Below, piece after piece: positions 28,150-36,921 of a stretch of 64,000 bases of DNA (position 1 is the stretch's first letter; each line of letters opens with the position of its first letter). The notes under the pieces are model-generated. The model searched no databases, was not told where the DNA came from, and saw only the letters and a program-made list of their open reading frames with translations. The DNA is from Ignavibacteria bacterium (GTDB taxonomy: Bacteria > Bacteroidota > Ignavibacteria > Kapaibacteriales > UBA2268). The stretch lies in the NCBI GenBank assembly GCA_037445895.1, contig JBBIJO010000010.1:13597-77596 (forward strand), read 5' to 3'. The translations under genes were made by a program, and so were the position numbers.

Positions 28150-29085
28150 TTATCCACGAATAAGTTGTAAAAATGACTGTGGATTTGTATTTGCTTGTGC
28201 AAGCGAGACTAACGATGCTTGTTGTAGGAACTGAGCCTTGATTAATTCTAATTGTTCTAATGCAACATCGGCGTCTTCGATACGAGAAATTGCCGCATTG
28301 TAATTAGTAATTTGTGCTTTCAACAGGTCTTCTTGCGAACCAAGACGGTTGCTAATCCCACCAAGTAACGAGGCTACTTTATTAATGTTTTGTAGTGCTT
28401 GGTTTAAACTTTGGAGTGTGGTATTAATTTGTGTTGAAGAAAATATTCCAAGATCATTTGAGTTAACAGCATTTAAGCTGGTCAAATCTAAGTTGCTGAC
28501 CCCTGCAAAGTTTTGCGATGTTAAAGCATTAGTATCGAACGAATTGCTTGAGATATTATATTCAGTATTGTATGTTGTTAAGTCGATTCCAAGAGTAACA
28601 AGATTGAATCCAGCATCCATTCCAATCACAAACGAAGCAGAGTATGAGCCATCGAGAAGCTGCTTGCCTCCGTAAACTGTAGTAGCAACAATTGTTTGAA
28701 TCTGTTGTGCCATTCGATATGCTGCTTTAGCAAGCGAAACCAATTCGTCGGTTCCTAAAGCTCCCGAAGCAGCTTGGGAAACAGTATCTTTGATAGTTAA
28801 GATACGTTGCGAGATATTATCCATTGCCTCGATAGAAATGTTTGTAACTGCGAATGCGTCGCTTACTGCGAGTAATGCTGCTTTCATTGCTCCATTTCGG
28901 GATTGAAGAGCACGTGATGTGATGTATCCAGCAACATCGTCGCCAGGATTGTTGATTTTCTTCCCAGTTGAAAGTCGAAGTTGCCTGAGTGAAATGTTTC
29001 GATTTGAGACTTCGAGGGCGTTGTAAGCATTCTCTGCCGGAATATTTGTTCGTATCCTCGAGCTTCCTCCAATTGCAAATGGCAT
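28150..29085 (-). CDS. fliC: flagellin
   Basis: 311 aa. N-terminal LRLSTGKKINNPGDDVAGYITSRAL and C-terminal RLGSQEDLLKAQITNYNAAISRIEDADVALEQLELIKAQFLQQASLVSLAQAN. Strong AAGGAGG SD site. Confidence 0.93.
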   Translation of the reverse strand: MPFAIGGSSRIRTNIPAENAYNALEVSNRNISLRQLRLSTGKKINNPGDDVAGYITSRALQSRNGAMKAALLAVSDAFAVTNISIEAMDNISQRILTIKDTVSQAASGALGTDELVSLAKAAYRMAQQIQTIVATTVYGGKQLLDGSYSASFVIGMDAGFNLVTLGIDLTTYNTEYNISSNSFDTNALTSQNFAGVSNLDLTSLNAVNSNDLGIFSSTQINTTLQSLNQALQNINKVASLLGGISNRLGSQEDLLKAQITNYNAAISRIEDADVALEQLELIKAQFLQQASLVSLAQANTNPQSFLQLIRG

Positions 29086-29134
29086 ATTTTCCTCCTTAAT
29101 TAATTACCATTAATAACTTATTCCTTAAAAATTT

Positions 29135-29151
29135 TTCAATCGATGTGCCAA
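29135..29151 (-). promoter_or_regulatory. putative sigma-54 type -24/-12 promoter of the flagellin gene
   Basis: The minus strand reads TTGGCACatcgaTTGAA. The -24 half is perfect with correct spacing. The -12 element is TTGA rather than TTGC. It lies about 50 nt upstream of the ATG. Confidence 0.45.
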
Positions 29152-29170
29152 ATACAATAAGATGATTCTT

Positions 29171-29233
29171 AAAAAATAGTTGAACTCTCGGATGCATTGT
29201 CGGAAGCAATGTTTCGAGTTTTTGTGTTCAACT
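29171..29233 (-). terminator. long imperfect hairpin plus T-tract, probable terminator or insulator between the carboxylase genes and fliC
   Basis: The outer 8-bp arms AGTTGAAC / GTTCAACT enclose the inner pairs CTCG/CGAG and CATTG/CAATG. On the minus strand the hairpin is followed by ATTTTTT. Confidence 0.5.
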
Positions 29234-29494
29234 AATAATGATTTTTTCAATTCATTGGTTCGATAATAGCCGGTTTTCTATCGTTGGAATGCATAAAAAT
29301 TATTCAATACTTTGAAGTAACATAAACAGATGGCGATTTTTGACCAAAGCGGGATAGGTTAATTCTAAGAATTTTTGAAAAATGTGATTCTGGGGAAAAC
29401 AAAGTAAAGCAAAATAGAAATCCCTTCGTACAAAGGAAAATGTCTGATAGTTACAAATATACATTTTGTTTTATTTCTGCTTTGAATCGAAAAT

Positions 29495-29986
29495 TCAAGT
29501 CGTGGGTTCAGATTTAATTACCACTAAAACCTTGTCCGAATCAACTTGTTCGCCTGCTTGGACATTGATTTCCGAAACAACACCATCAATAGAAGAATAC
29601 AATGTAATTTCCATTTTCATAGCTTCGATAATTACGATTGGTTCTCCTTCGCCGACTTTTTGGTTTAGCTCGACCAAAACTTTAACTACGCTGCCTGGCA
29701 TTGGCGGTTTTATAACTTCTTTGTCCTTGGATTCGGCTTGCAAAGCTTCGATAGAAGCAGTTTCTTCCCTGTATTTTTCGAAAGTAAATTGTTCACCCTC
29801 GACAAAAACATAAATTGATTGTGCATCCTCGGCAACATAGCACAACTTAGTTATTCCGTTGAGATTAATTTTGAAGATATTATCGTTGAACTTTTCATAA
29901 GAGAAATTGAAGTTTTGGCTATCAATCGTTGCCTTCGATTCGTTGATTACAATTTCAATCAGTTTGTTTTTATATAAAATCTCCAT
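29495..29986 (-). CDS. biotin carboxyl carrier domain protein (BT-like N-terminal half plus biotinyl domain)
   Basis: Biotinylation motif IEAMKMEI sits in the C-terminal ~70 aa. The ORF track extends to 30070, overlapping the upstream gene. The ATG at 29986 (MEILYKNK) lies 10 nt after the upstream stop. Confidence 0.8.
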   Translation of the reverse strand: MEILYKNKLIEIVINESKATIDSQNFNFSYEKFNDNIFKINLNGITKLCYVAEDAQSIYVFVEGEQFTFEKYREETASIEALQAESKDKEVIKPPMPGSVVKVLVELNQKVGEGEPIVIIEAMKMEITLYSSIDGVVSEINVQAGEQVDSDKVLVVIKSEPTT

Positions 29987-29996
29987 ACTCCATATA

Positions 29997-31499
29997 TTAC
30001 TTTTTGTTTGATGCAATTTCCCATTTTCCAAGAACTTGCCAAGGAGAAGGAATTGTTTCCTTTGTTCCAATCGAAGAAGTAGGTCGTGTTTTTGTTGCTA
30101 AATATCTTTCTGCAGCGGCAAGGGCAAAAGGGCGGAATTCTTTATTAGATGTAAATAAATCGGCAGATAAGTTTTCGATAAAGTTTGTATAAGTATTTCC
30201 AGCAATCCATTCTGGATGTTCCAGAACTCTTATTAAGAATGAGATTGGGGTTTTTACACCTAAAATCACATTGTTTTTCAGAGCATTAATCATTCTTTTG
30301 CGTGCTTCCTCGCGGGTAGCTCCCCATACGATAAGTTTAGCAAGAATTGGATCATAAAAAATTGGGACCTCAGCTCCTTGATAAATACCCGAGTCGTAAC
30401 GAATGCCGGGGCCAACGGGTTCACAAAGATAAATAATTTTGCCGGAAGAAGGTAAAAAGTTGTTTTCGGAATCCTCGGCATAAATTCGGCATTCAATCGC
30501 ATGTCCATTTTGGCGTAAATCTTCTTGTTTGAACGGTAAAGTAGCCCCATTTGCAATATGAATTTGTAATTTGACAAGGTCAATTCCGGTTGTAAGTTCC
30601 GTTATTGGATGTTCAACTTGGATACGAGCGTTGACTTCGAGGAAATAGAAGTTGCCGTCTCGGTCGAGCAAGAACTCAACTGTTCCAAGATTCGTGTATC
30701 CCGCTGCTTTGATTGCTCGAACAGCAGTTTCGCCCATTTTCTTTCGCAGCTCTGGACTTAGTGCAACCGAAGGAGTTTCTTCTATTATCTTCTGGTGGCG
30801 TCGTTGAATTGAACATTCCCGTTCAAAAATGTAAACAACATTCCCGTATGAGTCCGCAGCTACCTGAAATTCGATGTGGCGTGGCGATTCGATATATTTT
30901 TCCAGATATATGGCATCGCTTTTAAAAGCAGAAATAGATTCCCGCATAGCAGAATCAACGGCGTCCTCGAGTTCGCTGGGCTTTTGAACAATTCTCATTC
31001 CTTTGCCTCCTCCACCATCGGAAGCTTTGATTAAAACAGGATATCCGACCTTATCAGCGTATGCTTTAAATTCGTTTATGTCTTTGGAGCTTGTTTGCAT
31101 TCCAGGGATGACAGGAACATTCGAATTCACCATTGTTGTTCGGGAGTGAACCTTAGATCCCAAAAGTTCCATAGATTCTGGGCTTGAACCTATAAAAATC
31201 AGGCCCGATTGACGAACTTTTCGATTGAATTCTGCTCTTTCGGAAAGGAAACCATAGCCAGGATGAATAGCATCGCACCCTGTTTTCAATGCAGATTCAA
31301 TAATTATATCCATATTTAAATAAGATTTCAAAGGAGGTGATTCGCCGATATAAATTGCTTCGTCGGCAAGCATAACGTGCGAAGCGCTTCGGTCAATATC
31401 GGAATATATAGCCACCGTCGAAATTCCCAACTCCCGGCAAGCATTAATAACCCTACACGCAATTTCACTTCGATTTGCTACGAGTATCTTTTTTATCAT
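29997..31499 (-). CDS. accC: biotin carboxylase subunit of an acyl-CoA carboxylase
   Basis: From MIKKILVANRSEIACRVI. ATP-grasp GGGGKGMRIV, plus EVNARIQVEHPITE. About 50 residues lie beyond a standard AccC. The N-terminal 31 codons listed in the ORF track look spurious. Confidence 0.88.
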   Translation of the reverse strand: MIKKILVANRSEIACRVINACRELGISTVAIYSDIDRSASHVMLADEAIYIGESPPLKSYLNMDIIIESALKTGCDAIHPGYGFLSERAEFNRKVRQSGLIFIGSSPESMELLGSKVHSRTTMVNSNVPVIPGMQTSSKDINEFKAYADKVGYPVLIKASDGGGGKGMRIVQKPSELEDAVDSAMRESISAFKSDAIYLEKYIESPRHIEFQVAADSYGNVVYIFERECSIQRRHQKIIEETPSVALSPELRKKMGETAVRAIKAAGYTNLGTVEFLLDRDGNFYFLEVNARIQVEHPITELTTGIDLVKLQIHIANGATLPFKQEDLRQNGHAIECRIYAEDSENNFLPSSGKIIYLCEPVGPGIRYDSGIYQGAEVPIFYDPILAKLIVWGATREEARKRMINALKNNVILGVKTPISFLIRVLEHPEWIAGNTYTNFIENLSADLFTSNKEFRPFALAAAERYLATKTRPTSSIGTKETIPSPWQVLGKWEIASNKK

Positions 31500-31618
31500 T
31501 TTTTTCTCAACTTCGAAAATTAAAATTAATTCAAGAATTTCGAAAAAACAAAAAATTAGTGAATTTTTGCATAATTTGTTGCAATTTTGCATTGGTTATT
31601 TACAATATATGATTTTTT

Positions 31619-32227
31619 ATGGGTAAGTCTTTCGATTGGCTGATTGTTGGATTGGGAAATCCAACGGAAGTCTATCTCGAAACACGCCACAACATCGGCT
31701 GGATGGTTGTGACCGATTTATGTAATAAACATAATGTGCAATTTGCACCTATTTCGAAATATTACTACCTTGCAAAATTTCATTTCGTTGGTTCCGAAGT
31801 AATAGCCATCTTGCCAAGGACGTTTATGAATAATTCGGGCTTTGCAATTACTCTTTGCGCAGAATCATATCGAATTCCGAACGAACGTATCCTTGTTGTT
31901 TGTGATGAATATAACTTCCCATTAGGTCGAATACACCTTAAAGACAATGGGGGTGATGGGGGACACAATGGGGTAGCTTCGGTTATTGAGCATCTTGGCA
32001 GTAAGAGTTTCCTTAGGCTTCGATGTGGGATTGGCAATAACTTCGGCGAGGGAGAGTTGACCGACTATGTTCTTTCGACATTTGAGCCGGAAGAGATTCC
32101 TTTGCGGGATTTGATGATAAAAAGGGCGGTCGAAGGAATTGAGTATTTGATTAAAAATGGAAAAAGTCGCGCAATGAGCGATATTAATTCAGAAAAGCTT
32201 TGGAAAATAGATTTGAAATCCTCCTAA
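31619..32227 (+). CDS. pth: peptidyl-tRNA hydrolase
   Basis: 202 aa. LIVGLGNP, TRHNIGW, DGGHNGV. Confidence 0.9.
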   Translation: MGKSFDWLIVGLGNPTEVYLETRHNIGWMVVTDLCNKHNVQFAPISKYYYLAKFHFVGSEVIAILPRTFMNNSGFAITLCAESYRIPNERILVVCDEYNFPLGRIHLKDNGGDGGHNGVASVIEHLGSKSFLRLRCGIGNNFGEGELTDYVLSTFEPEEIPLRDLMIKRAVEGIEYLIKNGKSRAMSDINSEKLWKIDLKSS

Positions 32228-32596
32228 AATTTTGAGCATAATAATATACAAAACACTCTCGGAAGAAAATCGCAGCAATCGAGTCTCTTGTATGATTGTG
32301 TTTGGTGTTGCGTTGTTTTTGAACATTATTGCTTTTTTCTTTCTTTTTGTTAAATGGATGGAATGAAAAGGTAAAAAAGTGTCTTTTGGTGTTCTCTGAA
32401 CAGATGCAATACTTAACCTGTTCTTAATTCAAATGTTGGTATGGTAATCTTTGATGGCTCTCGAAGTTGGGACTGCCTAATGGTTGTTTCTTCGATGATT
32501 TTTGCCTAACTTTCATCGACTTCGTCTAAAATTTCGAAAAACTTGCTGAAATGCTAGTTCCCAATTTATTCTTCTTAAAAGAGCAAGTTTCGCATA

Positions 32597-33745
32597 TTAT
32601 AGGACTAAAAAGATAAGGAAGAATAGTCCAAAGACACTTGCCATTACCCAACGTGCTTGTCGGATATCGGAAGCCTTGAGTTGATGCCAAGCATAGGCAG
32701 TGAAATAACCAACAATCCAAAGCCCAATTATGATTAGAATACTTCGAAATGGGTCGAGCCTTGAACCTACGAAATAACGCATTCCAAAATTGGCAATAGA
32801 ACCATATACGATAAGCAGATGACTTACGTAAATGTAGAGCGATTCTTGCCCACAAAGTTGGAGTACTCTCCCAATGCGTTTTTCTTTATATTGTTCTTCG
32901 ATTAGAAAAAGCAAGCCAAAAATAGCAGCAGTTCCAGAAATTCGGAAAAGTGAATGGAAAGGGGAAACGTGCCACCAGTCCCGAAATCCATAGAAATCTG
33001 TTAAATTTCTTGAATAGAAAATAATAAGTAGAAGTGGACCCCCAACTAACAAAAATCCCCATGACAACCTGCGTTTATCGGGGCTTTGGAAAAACAAGGC
33101 TGTAGCAAATGCACCAGCGAAGAAATATCCACTCCACGGCAATAGCGGGAATTTCGAGATAGGGTATTTTGCAAATAACGAAGCAAAAAAAGCAGGCAAA
33201 TAGTCGAATGGATTCAATTCCCAGATCCACGGTGCAACGACGAAAATCAAAAGTCCCAATAATCCATAAATCCATTTAAGAGCTTGCAAGTTTTTGATTA
33301 TAAGCAGCAGGATTAGGGCAAAAAGGGATGAATAGACAATGGTTTGGAGTATGTCGCATTCAAAGAACGAAAGCCAACGTTCGGAAGTCAGCGAAAACAT
33401 TTGGTGGAACGAGATTGTCGGAAAATGTAACCAATAAGCAATCAAAAGGATTAAGCCAAGACGGCGAAGATATTGCCAAAGGGGTGGTTGGAAAAGTCGA
33501 TATTCCTCGGCTTTACGTGTGGCTGCAATCCAAAACCCTGCTCCAGCACAAAAGAGAAATGTTACCGCGACAAATCCGTTAGATATGTTGATAAGATTGT
33601 AGAACCAACCGCTTTTGAAATTAGACGAGAGAACAACATCGATAACATGGGTTTCGACCATCCAAAGCACTGCAATGCCGCGAAGAACATCGATAAAAAC
33701 AAAGCGATGTTTCTTTGCTATCGAAATTTGTTGAACTTGCTCCAT
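32597..33745 (-). CDS. polytopic membrane protein, DUF1624 / heparan-alpha-glucosaminide N-acetyltransferase-like
   Basis: 382 aa with about 10 hydrophobic helices. The N-terminal FIDVLRGIAVLWMVETHV is typical of this acyltransferase-like family (from recall). Confidence 0.55.
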   Translation of the reverse strand: MEQVQQISIAKKHRFVFIDVLRGIAVLWMVETHVIDVVLSSNFKSGWFYNLINISNGFVAVTFLFCAGAGFWIAATRKAEEYRLFQPPLWQYLRRLGLILLIAYWLHFPTISFHQMFSLTSERWLSFFECDILQTIVYSSLFALILLLIIKNLQALKWIYGLLGLLIFVVAPWIWELNPFDYLPAFFASLFAKYPISKFPLLPWSGYFFAGAFATALFFQSPDKRRLSWGFLLVGGPLLLIIFYSRNLTDFYGFRDWWHVSPFHSLFRISGTAAIFGLLFLIEEQYKEKRIGRVLQLCGQESLYIYVSHLLIVYGSIANFGMRYFVGSRLDPFRSILIIIGLWIVGYFTAYAWHQLKASDIRQARWVMASVFGLFFLIFLVL

Positions 33746-33762
33746 CCGTCACTTTATTTTTG

Positions 33763-35133
33763 TTAATGAATTAGCAGTAATTGCACTATAATGAATACAG
33801 GGAGTAAAACAATAAGTGAAAACTTATACATATATTCAAAGAAGTGTGGCATCGGTATCTTTTCGTGTTCTGCTATTGCTTTAATCATAAAATTAGGACC
33901 GTTGCCAATGTAACTCATTGCACCAAAGAAAACGCAACCCGTTGCTATTCCCTCGAGTAAATGCTCTGGTATGCCACCGACTATAACAAGGTCATTGAAA
34001 AGATGAGGTTGTTGGGTTATAAGGCCTTTTGCGAGTGAGTAAAAAGTTACAGCGGTTGGTGTATTATCGAGGAAACTACTCAATGAGCCAGAAGCATAAT
34101 AAAATGAATAAATGGTTTTAAATCCGAAATTCTGTGCATTCGCTTCAAGATAAAGCAAAGCGGGAACCATTGTAATAAAGATTCCAAAGAAAAGAACAGC
34201 AACCTCGTTTATTGGATGCCAATTGAAATTATTTTGTTGTCGAACCTTTCTCGAGGTTAACACAAGCGATAAAACCGCCATAAGAACTATTGCAATTTCC
34301 CGCAAGTATGAACTAATGTGGTGTGGTTGAATAAAAGGTAAGAATAGCGGGTTAATGAAAGCGACAGCGAGGACAACACCAAGAAGAAATATTAGATTCC
34401 TTTGACCTTTGATTCGCAATTTTTGATACTCCGAACGATCTAAACTTAAATCCTCTTCACTTTCTTTTTTATAATAATGCTTTTCGATAAAATAAAAAAT
34501 GGTAATGAGTAGTGCATTTGCTATTAACCATTCTTTAACAAGGTTAAAAAACCAAAAAAAGGGGACTCCTCGCAGGTATAATATGAACAAGGGGGGATCT
34601 CCCAGTGGGGTAAGTAAGCCCCCACAATTTGCAGCAATTGCAATGAAAAAAAGTATTATATGTGTTTTGTGCTTTCGGCGAAAATTTGTTTTGAGCAAAG
34701 GGCGAATCAAAAGCATTGCTGCGCCAGTTGTCCCCATAAACGATGCCAAAATAGCAGAAATGATAAGAAAAATAGTATTTACACGTGGATTAGCCAATAG
34801 GTCGCCTTCGAGATGAATTCCACCAGTGATAATAAATAAAGCGCCAAGTAGAATGATAAATGGGACGTAATCGAAAAAAATTGAATGGATAAGGGCTTCC
34901 GAAAGGTTATTCGCGAGAAGCCAAAACCCCGTCGGAATTCCTAATGTCAAACTGACAAAAAATTTATTTTTGTTGCTTTCCCAAAAATGCGGCGAGGTGA
35001 GTGGTAGAATTGCAATTGCAAGCAGCATAAGAATGAAAGGAGTTACAGAATAAATCGGAACATTTGCAAATTCCATAGTTAATCCCAAACATAAAAATGC
35101 AAAAGTAAGGAAAATGAGAAAAAGAAAAATCAA
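33763..35133 (-). CDS. ion transporter of the ArsB/NhaD (sodium:proton antiporter-like) superfamily
   Basis: 456 aa, highly hydrophobic. N-terminal PFILMLLAIAILPL...HFWESNKNK is typical of NhaD-like permeases (from recall). Confidence 0.55.
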   Translation of the reverse strand: MIFLFLIFLTFAFLCLGLTMEFANVPIYSVTPFILMLLAIAILPLTSPHFWESNKNKFFVSLTLGIPTGFWLLANNLSEALIHSIFFDYVPFIILLGALFIITGGIHLEGDLLANPRVNTIFLIISAILASFMGTTGAAMLLIRPLLKTNFRRKHKTHIILFFIAIAANCGGLLTPLGDPPLFILYLRGVPFFWFFNLVKEWLIANALLITIFYFIEKHYYKKESEEDLSLDRSEYQKLRIKGQRNLIFLLGVVLAVAFINPLFLPFIQPHHISSYLREIAIVLMAVLSLVLTSRKVRQQNNFNWHPINEVAVLFFGIFITMVPALLYLEANAQNFGFKTIYSFYYASGSLSSFLDNTPTAVTFYSLAKGLITQQPHLFNDLVIVGGIPEHLLEGIATGCVFFGAMSYIGNGPNFMIKAIAEHEKIPMPHFFEYMYKFSLIVLLPVFIIVQLLLIH

Positions 35134-35180
35134 AGATTTTCTTTTTTCGTCCTTGTTTTTTTAAATAATATTATCGGTAA

Positions 35181-35903
35181 ATGGAGAATAGTTCCCTATA
35201 TCGAAGCCTAAAGGTGAATTACGACTCGATTATAAGTTCTATCGAAAAATTGCAGAAACACCAGAATATTGCGAACGAGATAACGGTAGTTGCTGTTTCG
35301 AAAACACATCCAACAGAAGCAATCTTGAATGCCATACATTGTGGAATCGAAAATTTCGGCGAGAACTACGTCCAAGAATTAAAGGCGAAAAAGGAAGAAA
35401 TTGAACAACTCGGCGTAGCACAACCTAAGTGGCATTTCATTGGTCATCTTCAAACCAATAAAGTTAAGTATATAGTTCCCTTTGTTTCGCTTATTCACTC
35501 GGTCGATTCAAGTCATCTCGCCGAAGAAATACATAAACAAGCTAAAAAAGTTGGGAGCATAGTTAATATTCTTGTGCAAGTCAATACATCGGGGGAAAAG
35601 TCGAAATTCGGATGTTCGCCCGAATTTTTGTTTAATATTTTGGGTTCTATCCAACATTTCGAAAATATAAGGGTTTGTGGTCTGATGACTATCGGGTCTT
35701 TTTCGAATGATGAACAAATAATTCGGAATGAGTTCAGATTGCTACGTTCGTTATTCGAACAAGCGAAAGATAAGTTCCCGAATTTGCCTCTTAAAGAACT
35801 TTCGATGGGAATGACAAACGATTATCTTCTTGCGGTCGAAGAAGGAGCAACTATTTTACGTATTGGAACTGCAATTTTTGGAGAACGACATTATAATGCA
35901 TAG
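35181..35903 (+). CDS. YggS-family pyridoxal phosphate homeostasis protein
   Basis: 240 aa. VVAVSKTHP (PLP lysine), HFIGHLQTNKVKY, LSMGMTNDY, LRIGTAIFG. Confidence 0.88.
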   Translation: MENSSLYRSLKVNYDSIISSIEKLQKHQNIANEITVVAVSKTHPTEAILNAIHCGIENFGENYVQELKAKKEEIEQLGVAQPKWHFIGHLQTNKVKYIVPFVSLIHSVDSSHLAEEIHKQAKKVGSIVNILVQVNTSGEKSKFGCSPEFLFNILGSIQHFENIRVCGLMTIGSFSNDEQIIRNEFRLLRSLFEQAKDKFPNLPLKELSMGMTNDYLLAVEEGATILRIGTAIFGERHYNA

Positions 35904-35909
35904 GATGGT

Positions 35910-36782
35910 TTAGCCAAACAAAGATTCTGGTTGTTTGAATCCTTTCGCCTTGGCATATTCAATATAATAATTAAATTCTTCATAGATTAAGCTTCTGCTT
36001 ATTTTTGGATATTGGTAGGCTAAATGATGTGGGTAATATTGTTCCATCAAATTGAGATAGACGTCTGTTCCAATAGATTCGGCTATGAAATCAATTATTT
36101 CGGTTGTGTCCGACTGATTTTCGGGCAAAATTAAATGTCGGATGATTAACCCACGACGAGCAATTCCATCGCGCACGACGAGATTCCCAACTTGACGATA
36201 CATCTCGATAATAGCTGCCGAAGCATAGGCAAAGTAATCGGGTGCTTCGGTATAAATTTTCGCTTTTTCTGGGTCCTTAAATTTTAAATCGGGCATATAA
36301 ATATCAATCAATCCTTCAATAACCTTTAATGTTGTAACTTTATCGTAGCTACTTGTATTGTAAACAATTGGGATGGTTAATCCCATACTTTTTGCTTCGA
36401 CGATTGCTTTTGCTAGTTGTGGTGTGTAGTGGGTTGGAGTTACTAAGTTAATGTTGTGGCATCCTTTGCTTTGCAAATCCAACATTATATCGACTAAATC
36501 CTGAATCGAGTAACATTTGCCCTCGCGGCAGTGACTTATTGTAAAGTTTTGACAAAACACACAAAGTAGGTTGCAACCCGATAGGAAAATTGTCCCCGAG
36601 CCAAAATAACCGACCAATTCTGGTTCTTCCCCGAAATGTGATCCGTAAGAAGCAACATAAACATCTGTAGGCATTCCGCAAGTTCCAATTTCGTTTTCGA
36701 AACGATTAACTGCGCAAGAGTGAGGGCATATTTTGCAATTCGAGAGGCTCGCATAAAGTTCCTCGATTTCGGACATTACCAA
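35910..36782 (-). CDS. radical SAM protein (PflX-like activase homologue)
   Basis: 290 aa. CNLLCVFCQN is a CxxxCxxC cluster. An upstream Cys-rich CKICPHSCAVNR...GTCG segment is also present. Confidence 0.8.
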   Translation of the reverse strand: MVMSEIEELYASLSNCKICPHSCAVNRFENEIGTCGMPTDVYVASYGSHFGEEPELVGYFGSGTIFLSGCNLLCVFCQNFTISHCREGKCYSIQDLVDIMLDLQSKGCHNINLVTPTHYTPQLAKAIVEAKSMGLTIPIVYNTSSYDKVTTLKVIEGLIDIYMPDLKFKDPEKAKIYTEAPDYFAYASAAIIEMYRQVGNLVVRDGIARRGLIIRHLILPENQSDTTEIIDFIAESIGTDVYLNLMEQYYPHHLAYQYPKISRSLIYEEFNYYIEYAKAKGFKQPESLFG

Positions 36783-36921
36783 AATTGCTTTATCAAATTA
36801 GCAAAATAAGAAAAATCTTATATTTATGGAAATTAGCTGTTGAAAGAAGCAGTTTTTGTTGGCTTGCTCCGAAGAACTGTATGTTTTGAACAAGGAATTA
36901 CAACTCCTATCCAAAAGACTG

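Noticed and set aside
29086-29134. Two AAGGA motifs in the fliC leader (one overlapping the SD site), reminiscent of CsrA binding sites in the Bacillus hag leader.
   Set aside because: The distal motif would lie at or before the predicted transcript 5' end. No csrA or fliW gene is in the window. GGA motifs are expected in an SD region.
29197-29204. A sigma-28-like -10 (TCCGACAA on the minus strand) upstream of fliC.
   Set aside because: It matches only 6 of 8 positions of GCCGATAA and has a poor -35. It sits in the loop of the 29178-29233 hairpin, which looks like a terminator, and lies upstream of the better sigma-54-like element.
29984-29999. The possibility that the biotin carboxylase and BCCP ORFs are one gene broken by a frameshift (a pseudogene).
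   Set aside because: The upstream ORF ends in a clean TAA and an in-frame ATG follows 10 nt later. Both parts are intact, so a genuine split is equally plausible. I report it as a finding rather than a pseudogene.
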